64,000 nt of DNA from Haliotis rufescens. Its lineage: Eukaryota. Position numbers and translations under genes: made by a program. Below the pieces are notes generated by a model. It did not search any database. It was given only the letters and a program-made list of their open reading frames with translations, and had not been told where the DNA came from. The stretch lies in contig NW_025963802.1 in NCBI RefSeq assembly GCF_023055435.1, positions 32,550,001 through 32,614,000 of the forward strand, in the 5' to 3' direction. Below, one piece after another: positions 50,323-61,880 of the stretch (positions within the stretch are counted from its first letter, which is position 1; the number at the start of each line of letters is the position of its first letter).

Positions 50323-51855
50323 ATGGAAAAAGGACAGATCGTTACCCACGCAAAGAGCGACAGCAGTCGTGTAGTCCTCAACAACAGAGTATATGAGAAT
50401 ATCTCGAACGCAACCGTAGGCACTTCCGCCACTGAAATCGAGAATCATTCCGCTAATGCTTTTACAAAGCGGAAAAACCTTCGCTTTGAGTCAGGTCAAG
50501 ATGCTCTGGTGCCACGACAATGTCGCAATGTGAACCAGCGAGAGCAAATTCTTTTTAACACGCTGGAGAAACATCTGTCCCGTCAGCAACAATCTGCGTT
50601 GCAGAGCCAAGATCACTCCATGCAGAAGTACAGACAGCGCCTCGCCGGATACGAGCGTCTGCGCATGCCCGCGGATGAATCGATAAATGGGAGTTGTGTT
50701 GGCGCGTCGAGTGGCAGCGAGGTTGTGATAGGTAGTGAACGGCGCCCCGGGAGCAAAACAATCTCGGGGATATCAACACATGCGTCGATATCGACGTATG
50801 CTGTGAAACACGGCGACCAATCAATAGCCACCGTTGATGTAAACACAGAAAAGGAGGCTGGGCCTGATGTTGTGACCAACGCTCCTGCTGAGAGAGCGCC
50901 GAGTGTATATAACACAGCCAACTCGACACGTGCCAGTCAGTCTAACGATTTGGGCGGAAGGAGTGTATCACAGGATTTCAGAGGGAAATTACCGAGTCAG
51001 AAAAAGTCGAAGTCGTTCAGGACTTTGGAGTCCGTAGTAAAGAAGATCCACTCGCAAAAGAAGATTGGCCTGAAAATCAGCATGCTCCGAGCACCAGATT
51101 CCTCCGGTTGCACGTCAACAGATTCTAACCTGTTGACTGTGGATGATAACAACATGAGGCCTCGAGCTTACACAGACCCGACATCCGATGGCAAGGGGAA
51201 GATGGCAATTAAGCTTCCCGAGATTACCATTGAAGACTGTTCGGACCCTGAAGACAAGACGAACAGTGAGGTAGAGATGTTCTCCGGTTTCTCCCAACCA
51301 CGCCGCAGGGCGAACACTTGTCCGGAAGAGTTCTTTAACAGACGACGGAAGGGTAGGCCACCAACTCCCCCTCCAACATCCAGGAACAGCAGCCCAAACA
51401 ACAAATTCACTTTCGGGAGCGCCAGGAGCGCCAGCAAAAGTCCCGTGTCATTCGTGCACCACAAACTGAGTAAAGTTTTCGAAGATGGCGGCGAAGCTCC
51501 CAGTGGCGGGAACGTGTCAAAAAAGTCGTCTGCTCGTATGAGCAAGCAGACGAACGTTAACAGACGCAGTTCCTTCAACACCATGGCTAGCCTTAGGGCT
51601 GGTCTTGCCTCCAAATTAACTCTGACAGAATCGGAGGACGAAATGAGCAGAGGCGGTGACATCCCTCCACCCAGGGCGGGAAACGGACCGTTTGCTGTGA
51701 CAAAGCCCGAAGCTTCGAGGGCAAGTGACAATAACAAGATCTCGGGATATAAGTCTCAGGGTCAGGAAGTGCCTGACGTATACTCTGCCAAGGATTGCCG
51801 CTTCTCGCAGAAAATATCACCAACGTTGGACGGGAAACCCCTGCAGGCCTGCTAA
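50323..51855 (+). CDS. Uncharacterised 510-aa Ser/Arg/Lys-rich disordered protein with an N-terminal coiled-coil segment; single coding exon
   Basis: Longest ORF; GC rise relative to flanks; repeat-free; strong acceptor TTTATTTTCAG ending at 50300, just before GTCATGG. Confidence 0.88.
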   Translation: MEKGQIVTHAKSDSSRVVLNNRVYENISNATVGTSATEIENHSANAFTKRKNLRFESGQDALVPRQCRNVNQREQILFNTLEKHLSRQQQSALQSQDHSMQKYRQRLAGYERLRMPADESINGSCVGASSGSEVVIGSERRPGSKTISGISTHASISTYAVKHGDQSIATVDVNTEKEAGPDVVTNAPAERAPSVYNTANSTRASQSNDLGGRSVSQDFRGKLPSQKKSKSFRTLESVVKKIHSQKKIGLKISMLRAPDSSGCTSTDSNLLTVDDNNMRPRAYTDPTSDGKGKMAIKLPEITIEDCSDPEDKTNSEVEMFSGFSQPRRRANTCPEEFFNRRRKGRPPTPPPTSRNSSPNNKFTFGSARSASKSPVSFVHHKLSKVFEDGGEAPSGGNVSKKSSARMSKQTNVNRRSSFNTMASLRAGLASKLTLTESEDEMSRGGDIPPPRAGNGPFAVTKPEASRASDNNKISGYKSQGQEVPDVYSAKDCRFSQKISPTLDGKPLQAC

Positions 51856-52729
51856 CGCCACTTTCGCCATGACATTCAGGTTTCCATAATATTCACCTCA
51901 CAGCATCTCACGGTACAGACTTACAGAGGACTGTGTGCCTACATGGACATAATGAGCGATAACTATCAAGGCAAATGATTCATCAACGGCCATTGACAAT
52001 TACAAAGCTTTTGATCTTGTGACAATCAACACTTGTACACATTTGGAATGGGAAAGTCCCGAACATGGATGTATCGTTTTATTCTGGCGGTGAGTGCCAT
52101 CACGAAAACACTTACAGTTGTACATATTTGTAAATACCGCTGTTCCCAATTTCCTTCTGATACATTCTATATTTGACTGTGATATTTCACTTCATAAGCA
52201 ATATTTCTCTGCAAGCTATTTCCGTTTGAATAATCACCATGCCATGTCTCCCAAATCTCATTTATACACTAATGTCCGCTTTTAGTTCAATTTGATGACA
52301 TTGGGGTCACTTTCCCGCTTCAGTCGGTTTGGCCTGGTCTATTAACGCGGAATTGTCACGCTGAATAGACCAATAGATGTTGCCATGGGAACGAACACTC
52401 TCTCCACCGATTCATATCCCTGACTCCCCGAGGGTATCTTGGGGGTGGGATGGGAGGGGCGGAGTTCGTGCTGTAGGTTGATTAGTTGAATAAGGTATGT
52501 GGAAGCGCATGGACATCAATGTAGAATAATGTCAAGCGTTGTAGACTTATATCATTTTCATTGCTATTTACCATATATTTCCACATTTATGTTTCCACTG
52601 ATTGAACTTTGGAGTATTCGAGACAGCAGATGATCAATTACTTATCTGTTCTCTGTAAAGTAATCTGTCAATCTATAAATCGTATATTACCATTTAATTA
52701 ACCGTCATTATACTCATCCCTTGGGCGTC

Positions 52730-52883
52730 ATTTGGTTGATGCATATCATCGTGTCCTAATTGCGTGGATCGATGCTCATCATGTCAGTCACTGGATTGTC
52801 TGGTCCAGACTCGATTATTTACAGACCGCCGTCATATAGCTGGAATATTGCTGTGTGCGGCGTTATACAAAAAAACAAACAAC
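52730..52883 (+). mobile_element. SINE family D, 3' half
   Basis: Body and tail match other copies. Confidence 0.85.
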
Positions 52884-52967
52884 ACTTATCCCAATAGAGA
52901 GATATGTGGGACGATGGTTGAACTTTAAGATAAGCAGTACGTTTTTAATGGGTTTTTTTCAGATAAC

Positions 52968-53083
52968 AGGGTCGGTGGGGTAGCCTAGTGGTTAAAGCGG
53001 TCGCTCGTCGCGCCGAAGGCCTGGGTTCTGTTACCACATGGGTACAATGTGTGAAGCGGCGAAAAACCATACTCACTCACTCA
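52968..53083 (+). mobile_element. SINE family B, internally deleted
   Basis: tRNA head and (ACTC)n tail. Confidence 0.8.
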
Positions 53084-53168
53084 ATTAACAGAAGTTCAAA
53101 TTATCGAAACGTGCACATCTAAAGAGGCGACATTCTGCCTAAACCAGCCTTTAAAACATAGCATGACC

Positions 53169-53278
53169 TGGGTCCTTTTCACGAAGCAATCCTAGCGCTT
53201 CGACTCCCGTACGTCTATGTTAAACTATGTCAGTTACCATTACCTTAACGCTAAGGTCGTTGTGTGAAAAGGGGCCCA
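53169..53278. mobile_element. Small MITE (possibly PIF/Harbinger-like)
   Basis: TIRs TGGGTCCTTTTCAC and GTGAAAAGGGGCCCA. Confidence 0.6.
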
Positions 53279-53750
53279 AATCCTTTGATAACGATCTTGC
53301 CATATTGAGAACAAATATTGTTTGGTTCATCTTTGCCAATGTATTTAAGTGATGGTAAGATGATATGGGTCTTTATCACCATGGCGCTTGTCAATGTAGT
53401 TTAGAATAATAACGGTAATAATGTATTGACCTTTCCTTGTAACGTTAATCGCGGAAATAGTGTACATCCAAATGTCAATAAGCAGTCCCATTAAGTACAA
53501 CGTCGGCTTCTGTCCATGCTATGAGAGAGAAAACAAGCTTATGTTGTCATAACGGCCTGTGTGTCTCATACATGGGCATCGGTTATAACAAGTATTGATT
53601 ATATGACACAGTATATTGGGATGGTGGATGGGAGAGCTGTAGGATTTTCAAGACTGTATAGGTGGCGCGTAAAACACGCGAATTTTGCTAATTTTGTTTT
53701 AAAATAAATGTTTTTGTTCTTCATTTGACTTTTCAAAACTTATACTGCAT

Positions 53751-53991
53751 GTATCAATGCTTGTTTGTTGTTTAACGTCGCACTCGCAATATTCCCGCTA
53801 CATGACGGTGGCCTTTAAATAAGTGAGTCTGGACCAGACAATTCAATGACTGATATCATGAGCATCGATCCACGCAATTGGGATACGATGACATGCATCA
53901 ACCACGTCACCGATCCCGTTAGTCGCCTCTTACGACAAGCATAGTCGCCTCTGGGTTGCTGAAGACCTATTCTACCCCGGATCTTCACGGG
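53751..53991 (-). mobile_element. SINE family D, near full length
   Basis: Starts CCCGTGAAGATCCGGGGTAGAATAGGTCTTC; ends GCGACGTTAAACAACAAACAA; no tRNA A/B boxes. Confidence 0.88.
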
Positions 53992-54136
53992 TAGCGTGTA
54001 AAAATTATAGCTATCACTGTATAAACACACGTTTGTTAAGAACATATTGACCATGTCCACAAATCCTGCATATTGTTTTGTTATATTTAAGTATGGTTTA
54101 TAATAATCTGTCTGTATATGTCAATCCTTTCTACGT

Positions 54137-54405
54137 GGGCACGGGTGGCTCAGTCTTCTGCAATTCGTTGTGCAGTGTTGCGCCCCTTGAGCACGCCAGA
54201 ATCATATGATCGTGGTTTCGAATCCCGAATTGCCGTGATTATAATCTAGGTTTGTCAGCACCATACCCGTCCTCGTGGGTACCACCGAAGTGGTAAACGT
54301 CTAAGACCAGTATCACTTCGGGCTTTCCTCCAAAATCAACACTGACACGCCGTGATATAACTGGAATACTGTTCAAAGCGGCGTTAAACCCAACTCACCC
54401 ACGCA
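54137..54405 (+). mobile_element. SINE family A, diverged copy
   Basis: Homologous to 33863-34145. Confidence 0.88.
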
Positions 54406-55150
54406 CTCTTTTCTCCATTTCATTCAACAAATGTACAGTTACTTTGGATATTGTTCAGATATATTGAACTCGTTCTAACAGGTTTTCCTGATCCAGTTAT
54501 TGTCGCGATACGCTTGAAATAATGCCGATGCGACGTTAAATTGTAACTCACTCACTGATCCAATTATATACATGGATGTTTGACTTAAGCAACTAGACAC
54601 CAAATTTGCTTAAATAATTATAATTTAACTTAATGCATCAGTAAGTTTACGTGAAACCTGCTCACCTAGATGTATAGAATTATGTCCATCGTATTCTTTT
54701 GTTTTCATTAAAAGTAACTTTATGTCTATTTTACTCTGATTTAATCGTCACATCATACACTGTTAACCTTCTTCCTTACATCACTGTACGTTCAATAATG
54801 TATATTCATATGGAATTTTACATCTGTATATTATGATTATCATTGTGTACTGATAAAATAATCTTTGATATATTTTAACATTTTTAACTTACCGTAACTG
54901 ATTCCTATCCAACAGTGTGACCTGTTTCAATACTGTATATAACTTGCAAATGATCAAGGCATTGTATTGTTAATATTCTCTTTATACTCTCAAATGGTTA
55001 TTGTTAATTGTAAATAAATGTTATTGTACAATGTCTTTCAGAATAAATATATAAATTTATACATGATGATTTGTGTTTTTTCTATATATTGGGTGTGTAT
55101 ACACAGTGAACAAGTGGTAAGAAGATTTGAAGCTTGAAATACATTTTCGG

Positions 55151-55308
55151 NNNNNNNNNNNNNNNNNNNNNNNNNNNNNNNNNNNNNNNNNNNNNNNNNN
55201 NNNNNNNNNNNNNNNNNNNNNNNNNNNNNNNNNNNNNNNNNNNNNNNNNNNNNNNNNNNNNNNNNNNNNNNNNNNNNNNNNNNNNNNNNNNNNNNNNNNN
55301 NNNNNNNN
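55151..55308. other. Assembly gap
   Basis: N run. Confidence 1.
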
Positions 55309-55700
55309 TTTTCCGTTTTATAAAATGTATACAAGTAACAAGCAGCTGAGACTGGAAAAAGAACAAATGTTTATCCAATTGATGAAACCCAAATTGAATG
55401 TATTAATAGATTTGTCATTTCAATCGTAAATGTTACACTGTTACTTTACAAATACTGTATATTTTAATTCAAATGTCTCCCTACAATTGTTAAATTACTA
55501 GGTGTCGTCGCTGGAGTGTGTAAATACATTATGACGTCACAGTTGTAATTTATGACGTCATCATAAGTATGACGTCATATTATATGTCTTTGTCATGAGA
55601 CAGCGAAAGTACTATGTCTGAAACTGATATAAAGAAGATGCTGGACTAACGTGGACTTTATTATTTTATTATATATTACATGTACACCGAGTGAACATTT
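55309..55700 (+). mobile_element. Penelope-like element 3' end no. 1 (GIY-YIG C-terminus plus pseudo-LTR)
   Basis: FPFYK...RLEKEQMFIQLMKPKLN parallels FPLYK...FQKEQHFIHKYAPTLN; TGACGTCA-rich 3' region. Confidence 0.75.
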
Positions 55701-55711
55701 ACCTCATTTTT

Positions 55712-56177
55712 GTGTTATTTACTTGATTGTTTGTAGTTGGTGCAATGAAAAGTATATCGGAAAGACAGAACTTAAATTAAAAAGAAGAATGAATCTTCAC
55801 CGTTCACAAATAAAGCAGCCACACAACCGCACGATTCCACTCAGTGAACATTTAGAAGCATGTGGAAACGGCAACTTTTTAGTTTTCCCGCTATATAAGC
55901 TAAATTTTGATCATGAACCTACATTGTTTCAAAAAGAGCAACATTTCATTCATAAATACGCGCCTACGTTAAATGTAAAGGCGTAAGTTATTTGTCTGTT
56001 GTCACCTTGGTATTGTGACGTCATAGTTTCCTAAATGTTATGACGTCACGCAACTATATGTTACTACTTCATGTTCGTTATTCAGTTATGGCCTGATGAG
56101 ACTCGTACGTGGTACGAGTTGAAAGCGCTAGCCTATTAAAACTGTGTTCAATCTTACTCCACTTATTTAATTATTAC

Positions 56178-56180
<3 letters not shown>
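55712..56180 (+). mobile_element. Penelope-like element 3' end no. 2: GIY-YIG endonuclease domain (to stop at 55986) plus pseudo-LTR
   Basis: VIYLIVCSWCNEKYIGKT, R..LHRS, EH, E..FI....P.LN: the PLE-type GIY-YIG with CCHH motif. Confidence 0.9.
56090..56133 (+). ncRNA. Minimal type I hammerhead ribozyme
   Basis: GGC-CTGATGA-GACTCGTAC(GTG)GTACGAGTT-GAAA-GCGC-TA-GCC: complete core, 9-bp stem II, palindromic stem III, 3-bp stem I. Confidence 0.85.
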
Positions 56181-56208
<28 letters not shown>

Positions 56209-56534
56209 CTTCTTAATTCCCATTTGATATTTGTAACATAATATTCAACAGTCAGCAATGACTGAATATTCTTATAATATGCAAGTCGTTTTGAATCATT
56301 GATGTTACTAAAAATAATTGTTTTCCACAATCGTCTAATCTATGTCTGAACATCGACAGAAAATGTGAAATATCTGTTTCTGGTGTGCACTGCTAAGTTC
56401 AGATCAATATCATTGTATGCTCTCAATATCCTACACGCATAAGCTGAAAAGACATGACATGGGTTGAGTGTTACTATATCAGGCTTGCTCTGCTCTACAA
56501 TATGTGATGCACTTTTTCTGTACCTCGATTTGCC

Positions 56535-56910
56535 GGAATATTACTGGAACATTGTCGGAATATTGCTGGAATATTGCTGGAATATGGTTGGAATATTGCT
56601 GGAATATGGTTGGAATATTGCTGGAATATTGCTGGTATATTGCCGGAATATTGCTGGAATATTGCTGAAATATTGCTGGAATATTGCTGGAATATTGTTG
56701 GAATATTGCTGGAATATTGCTGAAATATTGCTGGAATATTGCTGGAATATTGTTGGAATATTGCTGGAATATTGCTGGAATATTGCTGGAATATTGCTGG
56801 AATATTGCTGGAATATTGCTGGAATATTGTTGGAATATTGCTGGAATATTGTTGGAATATTGCCGGAATATTGCTGGAATATTTCCGGAATATTGCTGGA
56901 ATATTGCTAA
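56535..56910. repeat. 11-bp tandem repeat (GGAATATTGCT)n
   Basis: ~34 copies; unit equals part of the SINE tail. Confidence 0.97.
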
Positions 56911-57639
56911 AACCCTCTTAATTAATAATTAGAAATACATGATTTTTATTATTCCACACATCCGGAACACCATGTAAGAACGATGTGTTCTTACATATAC
57001 TGCCAGCACCGGGTGTTCATTGTGTGACGTTTGTCCTTGTAATTGGTTTTTCTTTAACTTCCAAATTATACACGAGACGTTCGTGAAGAAGCTTTAAAAA
57101 AAGATAGAATGAATTGTGTATGTACAAGGCTCGTGTCTTCTTAAATAATGTCCACTAAACCGTATAAAACAGAAGGAAACCACAATACCAATGCATCATG
57201 GTGCAATACCAATGTCACCAGGTGTTCGTGAGCGTATGACAAAGTGTCCATTATACACTCGCCTCGTCTCATTCGAATAGGACCTCGACCGGCACTGACA
57301 AGAATCCATATTGGAACCAGCTTCGTGTACATGACAATCACATGACATAACACAAGGCGGTTGCCAATCTTATATAACTATTCAAGTTGCTGTATGCCTA
57401 ATTTCTAGTATGCAGAGAAAACGTCCGTCATGGTACATCGTATGCGGAAGGATCTGGCGTTAGGGTCACAATGGAGCTTGAAAACCATATGTTTCTCCAA
57501 AGTCAAACTTTACTGTTTTTTGTTTAAATTTTGGTGACCAATCATAGAAAAAAGGGTTTATATCGGTCAAATCTTTGTTTATTGCAAAACTCAGCAATAT
57601 GACACCGTTTTGTGAGAAACGTTAAAGAGATTCTAATCT

Positions 57640-57985
57640 ACCTCACTCACTCACCATTCTTCATTTTCACAAACATCACCCGCCATACTCACTCACTCGA
57701 TAACGCATTCATTCACCCAACTACCTATCGAAAACCGCTCGCTCACTCACTCGATCACGCATTCTCACTCAACTATCCATCGAAAACCGCTCACTCACTC
57801 ACCCACTTATTCACTCACTCACTCGATCACGCATTCACTCACCCAACTATTCATCGAAAACCGCTCACTCACTCACCCACCCACTTATTCACTCACTCAC
57901 TCGATCACGCATTCACTCACCCAACTACCCATCGAAAACCGCTAACTCATCCACTTATTTACTCACTCACTCGCTCACTCCTCAC
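57640..57985. repeat. (ACTC)n-rich compound repeat with recurring CGATCACGCATTC and ATCGAAAACCGCT blocks
   Basis: Four block repeats visible. Confidence 0.85.
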
Positions 57986-58719
57986 TGTGAGATGAGCAAG
58001 CAACAAACATATCCTCTCAACATATGCTTCCAAGATGCTGCGTGCCCGTGAATGTCATGGCATAAAATGTAATGCTATAGGCCTTTCCAGACACTTCCGT
58101 GTGTACACTTCTGATGAAGGATCCCATCATTGTGACATTAATTGGGAAGAAAGACAATTCGGGCTCATTAACCGGCAATCATCTAGAATCATTCTAAGAC
58201 GGTTTCTATTTAATGCCTTCCGACTTCCTTGCAAACCTTCCGACAACCTTGTTGATTTTAAGACTTTCTTTTTTATCGGAGACACATAAACGCCAAGAAA
58301 CGGATAAAGCATTTATTAAGCACGGAAATAGAACTTCGTCCTGTATCATATAACCTTATGGATATTTAAATAATACCATCCCTTGGCCTCACTGAATTTA
58401 CACCAACAAGTCTATGAAGGTAGAATGATTCAGGAATTTGATGGACTCATAGAATTCCCGATGGAGATGCGGGATAACTGATATGCTTGTTGTGGGCAGC
58501 CTCATTAAGGAAGTTAGAGAATGATCGATGTGTCAGTGGGAGCATATACTTTGATGCTGGAAACCAGCCTCCTTGAATGGTAGCCTCACCCAAAGCAGTT
58601 TGTATTTTATTTTGACATGACATTACTGCTTTTGCTTTTACGATTTAAATTCGTCTTGGTTTTGAATTACATTAGTTGAACCCTTCCTGTGCTGATAGAT
58701 ACACGATGTTGAACAGAAA

Positions 58720-61050
58720 GGAATGTTTGTTGGCGAAGGAGTGACTGAAACTGAAAGAAGGTTTTGTAAAGTGTTTGTCAGAGACTGAGAGAAGGTTTGG
58801 GATCTGTTTGGCAGAGGCTGATAGAAGGTTGTTCATGATGTTTGTCAGAGGAAGATACAGATTTGGGATAGTGTTTGTCAGTAGCAAAAAAGACTGTGGG
58901 GTGGAGAGAAGATACATGTATGTGACGGCGTTTGTGAGAGACTGTGAGAAGGTATGAAATTGTGTCTCTGAGAGACTGAGAGAAGATATGAGACAGTGTT
59001 TTTCAGAGGTTGCAAGAAGGTATGCAATAGTGTTTGTCTGAGGCTCCGATAAGGTATACAAAATAGTGTTTGTCAGAGGCTTCGATAAGGTATAAAATAG
59101 TGTTTGTCAGAGGCTGCGAAAAGGTATGAACATGTGTTTTCTCAGATGCTGCAAGAAGGTAAGGAACAGTATTTCAAAAAGGCTGAGAGAAAATGTGGGA
59201 CGGTGTTTGCCAGTGTCTGCGAGTAGGTATCAGATATTGTTTGTCAAAGACTGAGAGAAGGTAGGAAATAGTGTTTCTCAGAAGGCAAGAGATGACATGG
59301 TACAGTGTTTGTCAGAGGATACGAGAAGTTATGAGATAGTATTTATGAGAGGCTGTGAGAAAGTATGAAATAGTGTTTGTCAGAGGCTGAGAGAAAGAAT
59401 GAAATGGTGTTTGTCAGAGTCTGTGAGGGGGTATGAAATGGTGTTTGTCAGAGGCTGTGAGAGGGTATGAAATGGTGTTTGTCATAGGCTACAGGGGGTA
59501 TGAGATGGTGTTTGTCAGAGGCTGTGAGGGAGTATGAAATAGTGTTTGTCAGAGGCTGAGAGGGGGTATGAAATGCTGTTTGTCAGAGGCTGAGAGAAGG
59601 GATGAAAGGGTGTTTGTCAGAGGCTGAGAGGGGGTATGAAATGGTGTTTGTCAGAGGCTGTGAGGGGGTATGAAATGGTGTTTGTCAGAGGCTGGAAGAA
59701 GGAACTAATTGATGTTTATCAAGCTGCGAGAAAGTATGAAATGGTGTTTGTCAGAGGCTGAGAGAAGGTATGAAATGGTGTTTGTCAGAGGCTGAGAGAA
59801 GGTATGAAATTGTGTTTGTCAGAGGCTGTGAGGGGTATGAAATGATGTTTGTCAGAGGCTGTGAGGGGGTATGAAATGGTGTTTGTCAGAGGCTGAGAGA
59901 AGGAACTAAATGGTGTTTGTCAGAGTCTGTGAGGGGGTATGAAATGGTGTTTGTCAGAGGCTGTGAGGGGGTATGAAATGGTGTTTATCAGGCTGCGAGA
60001 AGGTATGAAATGGTGTTGTCAGAGGCTGAGAGAAGGTATGAAATGGTGTTTGTCAGAGGCTGAGAGAAGGTATGAAATGGTGTTTGTCAGTGGCTGTGAG
60101 CGGGTATGAAATGGTGTTTGTCAGAGGCTGAGAGAAGGAACTAAATGGTGTTTGTCAGAGTCTGTGAGGGGGTATGAAAAGGTGTTTGTCAGAGGCTAAG
60201 AGGGGGTATGAAATGGTGTTTGTCAGAGGCTGAGAGAAGGAACTAAATGGTGTTTATCAGGCTGCGAGAAAGTATGAAATGGTGTTTGTAAGAGGCTGAG
60301 AGAAGGTATGAAATGGTGTTTGTCAGAGGCTGCGAGAAGGTATGAAATGGTGTTTGTCAGAGGCTGTGAGGGGGTATGAAATGGTGTTTGTCAGAGGCTG
60401 TGAGGGGGTATGAAATGGTGTTTATCAGGCTGCGAGAGGGGGTATAAAATGGTGTTTGTCAGAGGCTGAGAGAAAGTATGAAATGGTGTTTGTCAGAGGC
60501 TGTGAGGGGGTATGAAATGGTGTTTGTCAGAGGCTGAGAGAAGGAACTAAATGGCGTTTATCAGGCTGCGAGAAAGTATGAAATGGTGTTTGTCAGAGGC
60601 TGAGAGAAGGTATGAAATGGTGTTTGTCAGAGGCTGAGAGAAGGTATGAAATTGTGTTTGTCAGAGGCTGTGAGGGGTATGAAATGGTGTTTGTCAGAGG
60701 CTGTGAGGGGATATGAAATGGTGTTTGTCAGAGGCTGAGAGAAAGTATGAAATGGTGTTGTTAGAGGCTGAGAGAAGGTATGAAATGGTGTTGTCAGAGG
60801 CTTAGAGAAGGTATGAAATGGTGTTTGTCAGAGGCTGAGAGAAGGTATGAAATGGTGTTTGTCAGAGACTGAGAGAAGGAACTAAATGGTGTTTATCAGG
60901 CTGCGAGAAAGTATGGAATGGTGTTTGTCAGAGGCTGAGAGAAGGTATGAAATGGTGTTTGTCAGAGGCTGCGAGGGAGTATGAAATGGTGTTGATCAGG
61001 CTGCGAGAAAGTATGAAATGATGTTTGTCAGAGGCTGAGAGAAGGTATGA
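58720..61050. repeat. 34-bp minisatellite (GAAATGGTGTTTGTCAGAGGCTGAGAGAAGGTAT)n
   Basis: Period confirmed at 59772 and 59806. Confidence 0.97.
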
Positions 61051-61777
61051 GGCCATTGTCTAATCCATTATCCAGACGGGATTGTTTACAGACATGGAAT
61101 ATTGCTGAGTGCGGCGTTAGACAACAAACACACATGTAAACAACTACAGGTTATGTTTGTTATTGCAAGCAGAGATATAAACGAGGCTCGGGAGTCGAGA
61201 ATAATTGGCCTTGGGGTTACATTGTGACTGGAGACGTACCCTGCTATTACCAAGCAAAACAACACGCACTAACATGTCCTCCCTTGACGTTCACGATGGA
61301 ACCATGCAATTAAGCTGAAACAGTATACAAAAGAGCTGGTTCAGCACTATTAGAACCTGCCTTCTCCCACCGCTCTGTATCTGACGCCATCATTGTCGTG
61401 AACATCTGTTAACAACGCGGCTTGTTAGTGTAGTCGTCAATTTCATGTTTAGTGTTGTCAATAACTGTCTTAACGCTCCACCAACGGACGACAACACAAC
61501 GTCAAAGCGATTATCACGTGAGTATCACCGTTACATCACAGCAATCGACAAGGCCCTGTTCACAAGCCATATATTTGTTTTGATGGGGAATTAATTTGGT
61601 AATTACGTTGCGACAGAATATGTTTGCTACAGGAAACATAGAAACAAGTACGAGGTTTCAGATAATTGGAAAAAAAATGAAACTCGTTAATACGGATGAT
61701 GTAGTTTCTAGTGGATTCGTCTGGAACCACCCGGATGTTTATGTGAAAAAAGATGAATAGGATATGCTTTAAATTTG

Positions 61778-61827
61778 TTATCATTATTATTATTATATTA
61801 TTATTATTAGTAGTAGTAGTAGCCTTG

Positions 61828-61880
<53 letters not shown>

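Noticed and set aside
50555-51823. Antisense ORFs overlapping the 510-aa CDS
   Set aside because: Expected shadows of a GC-richer coding exon
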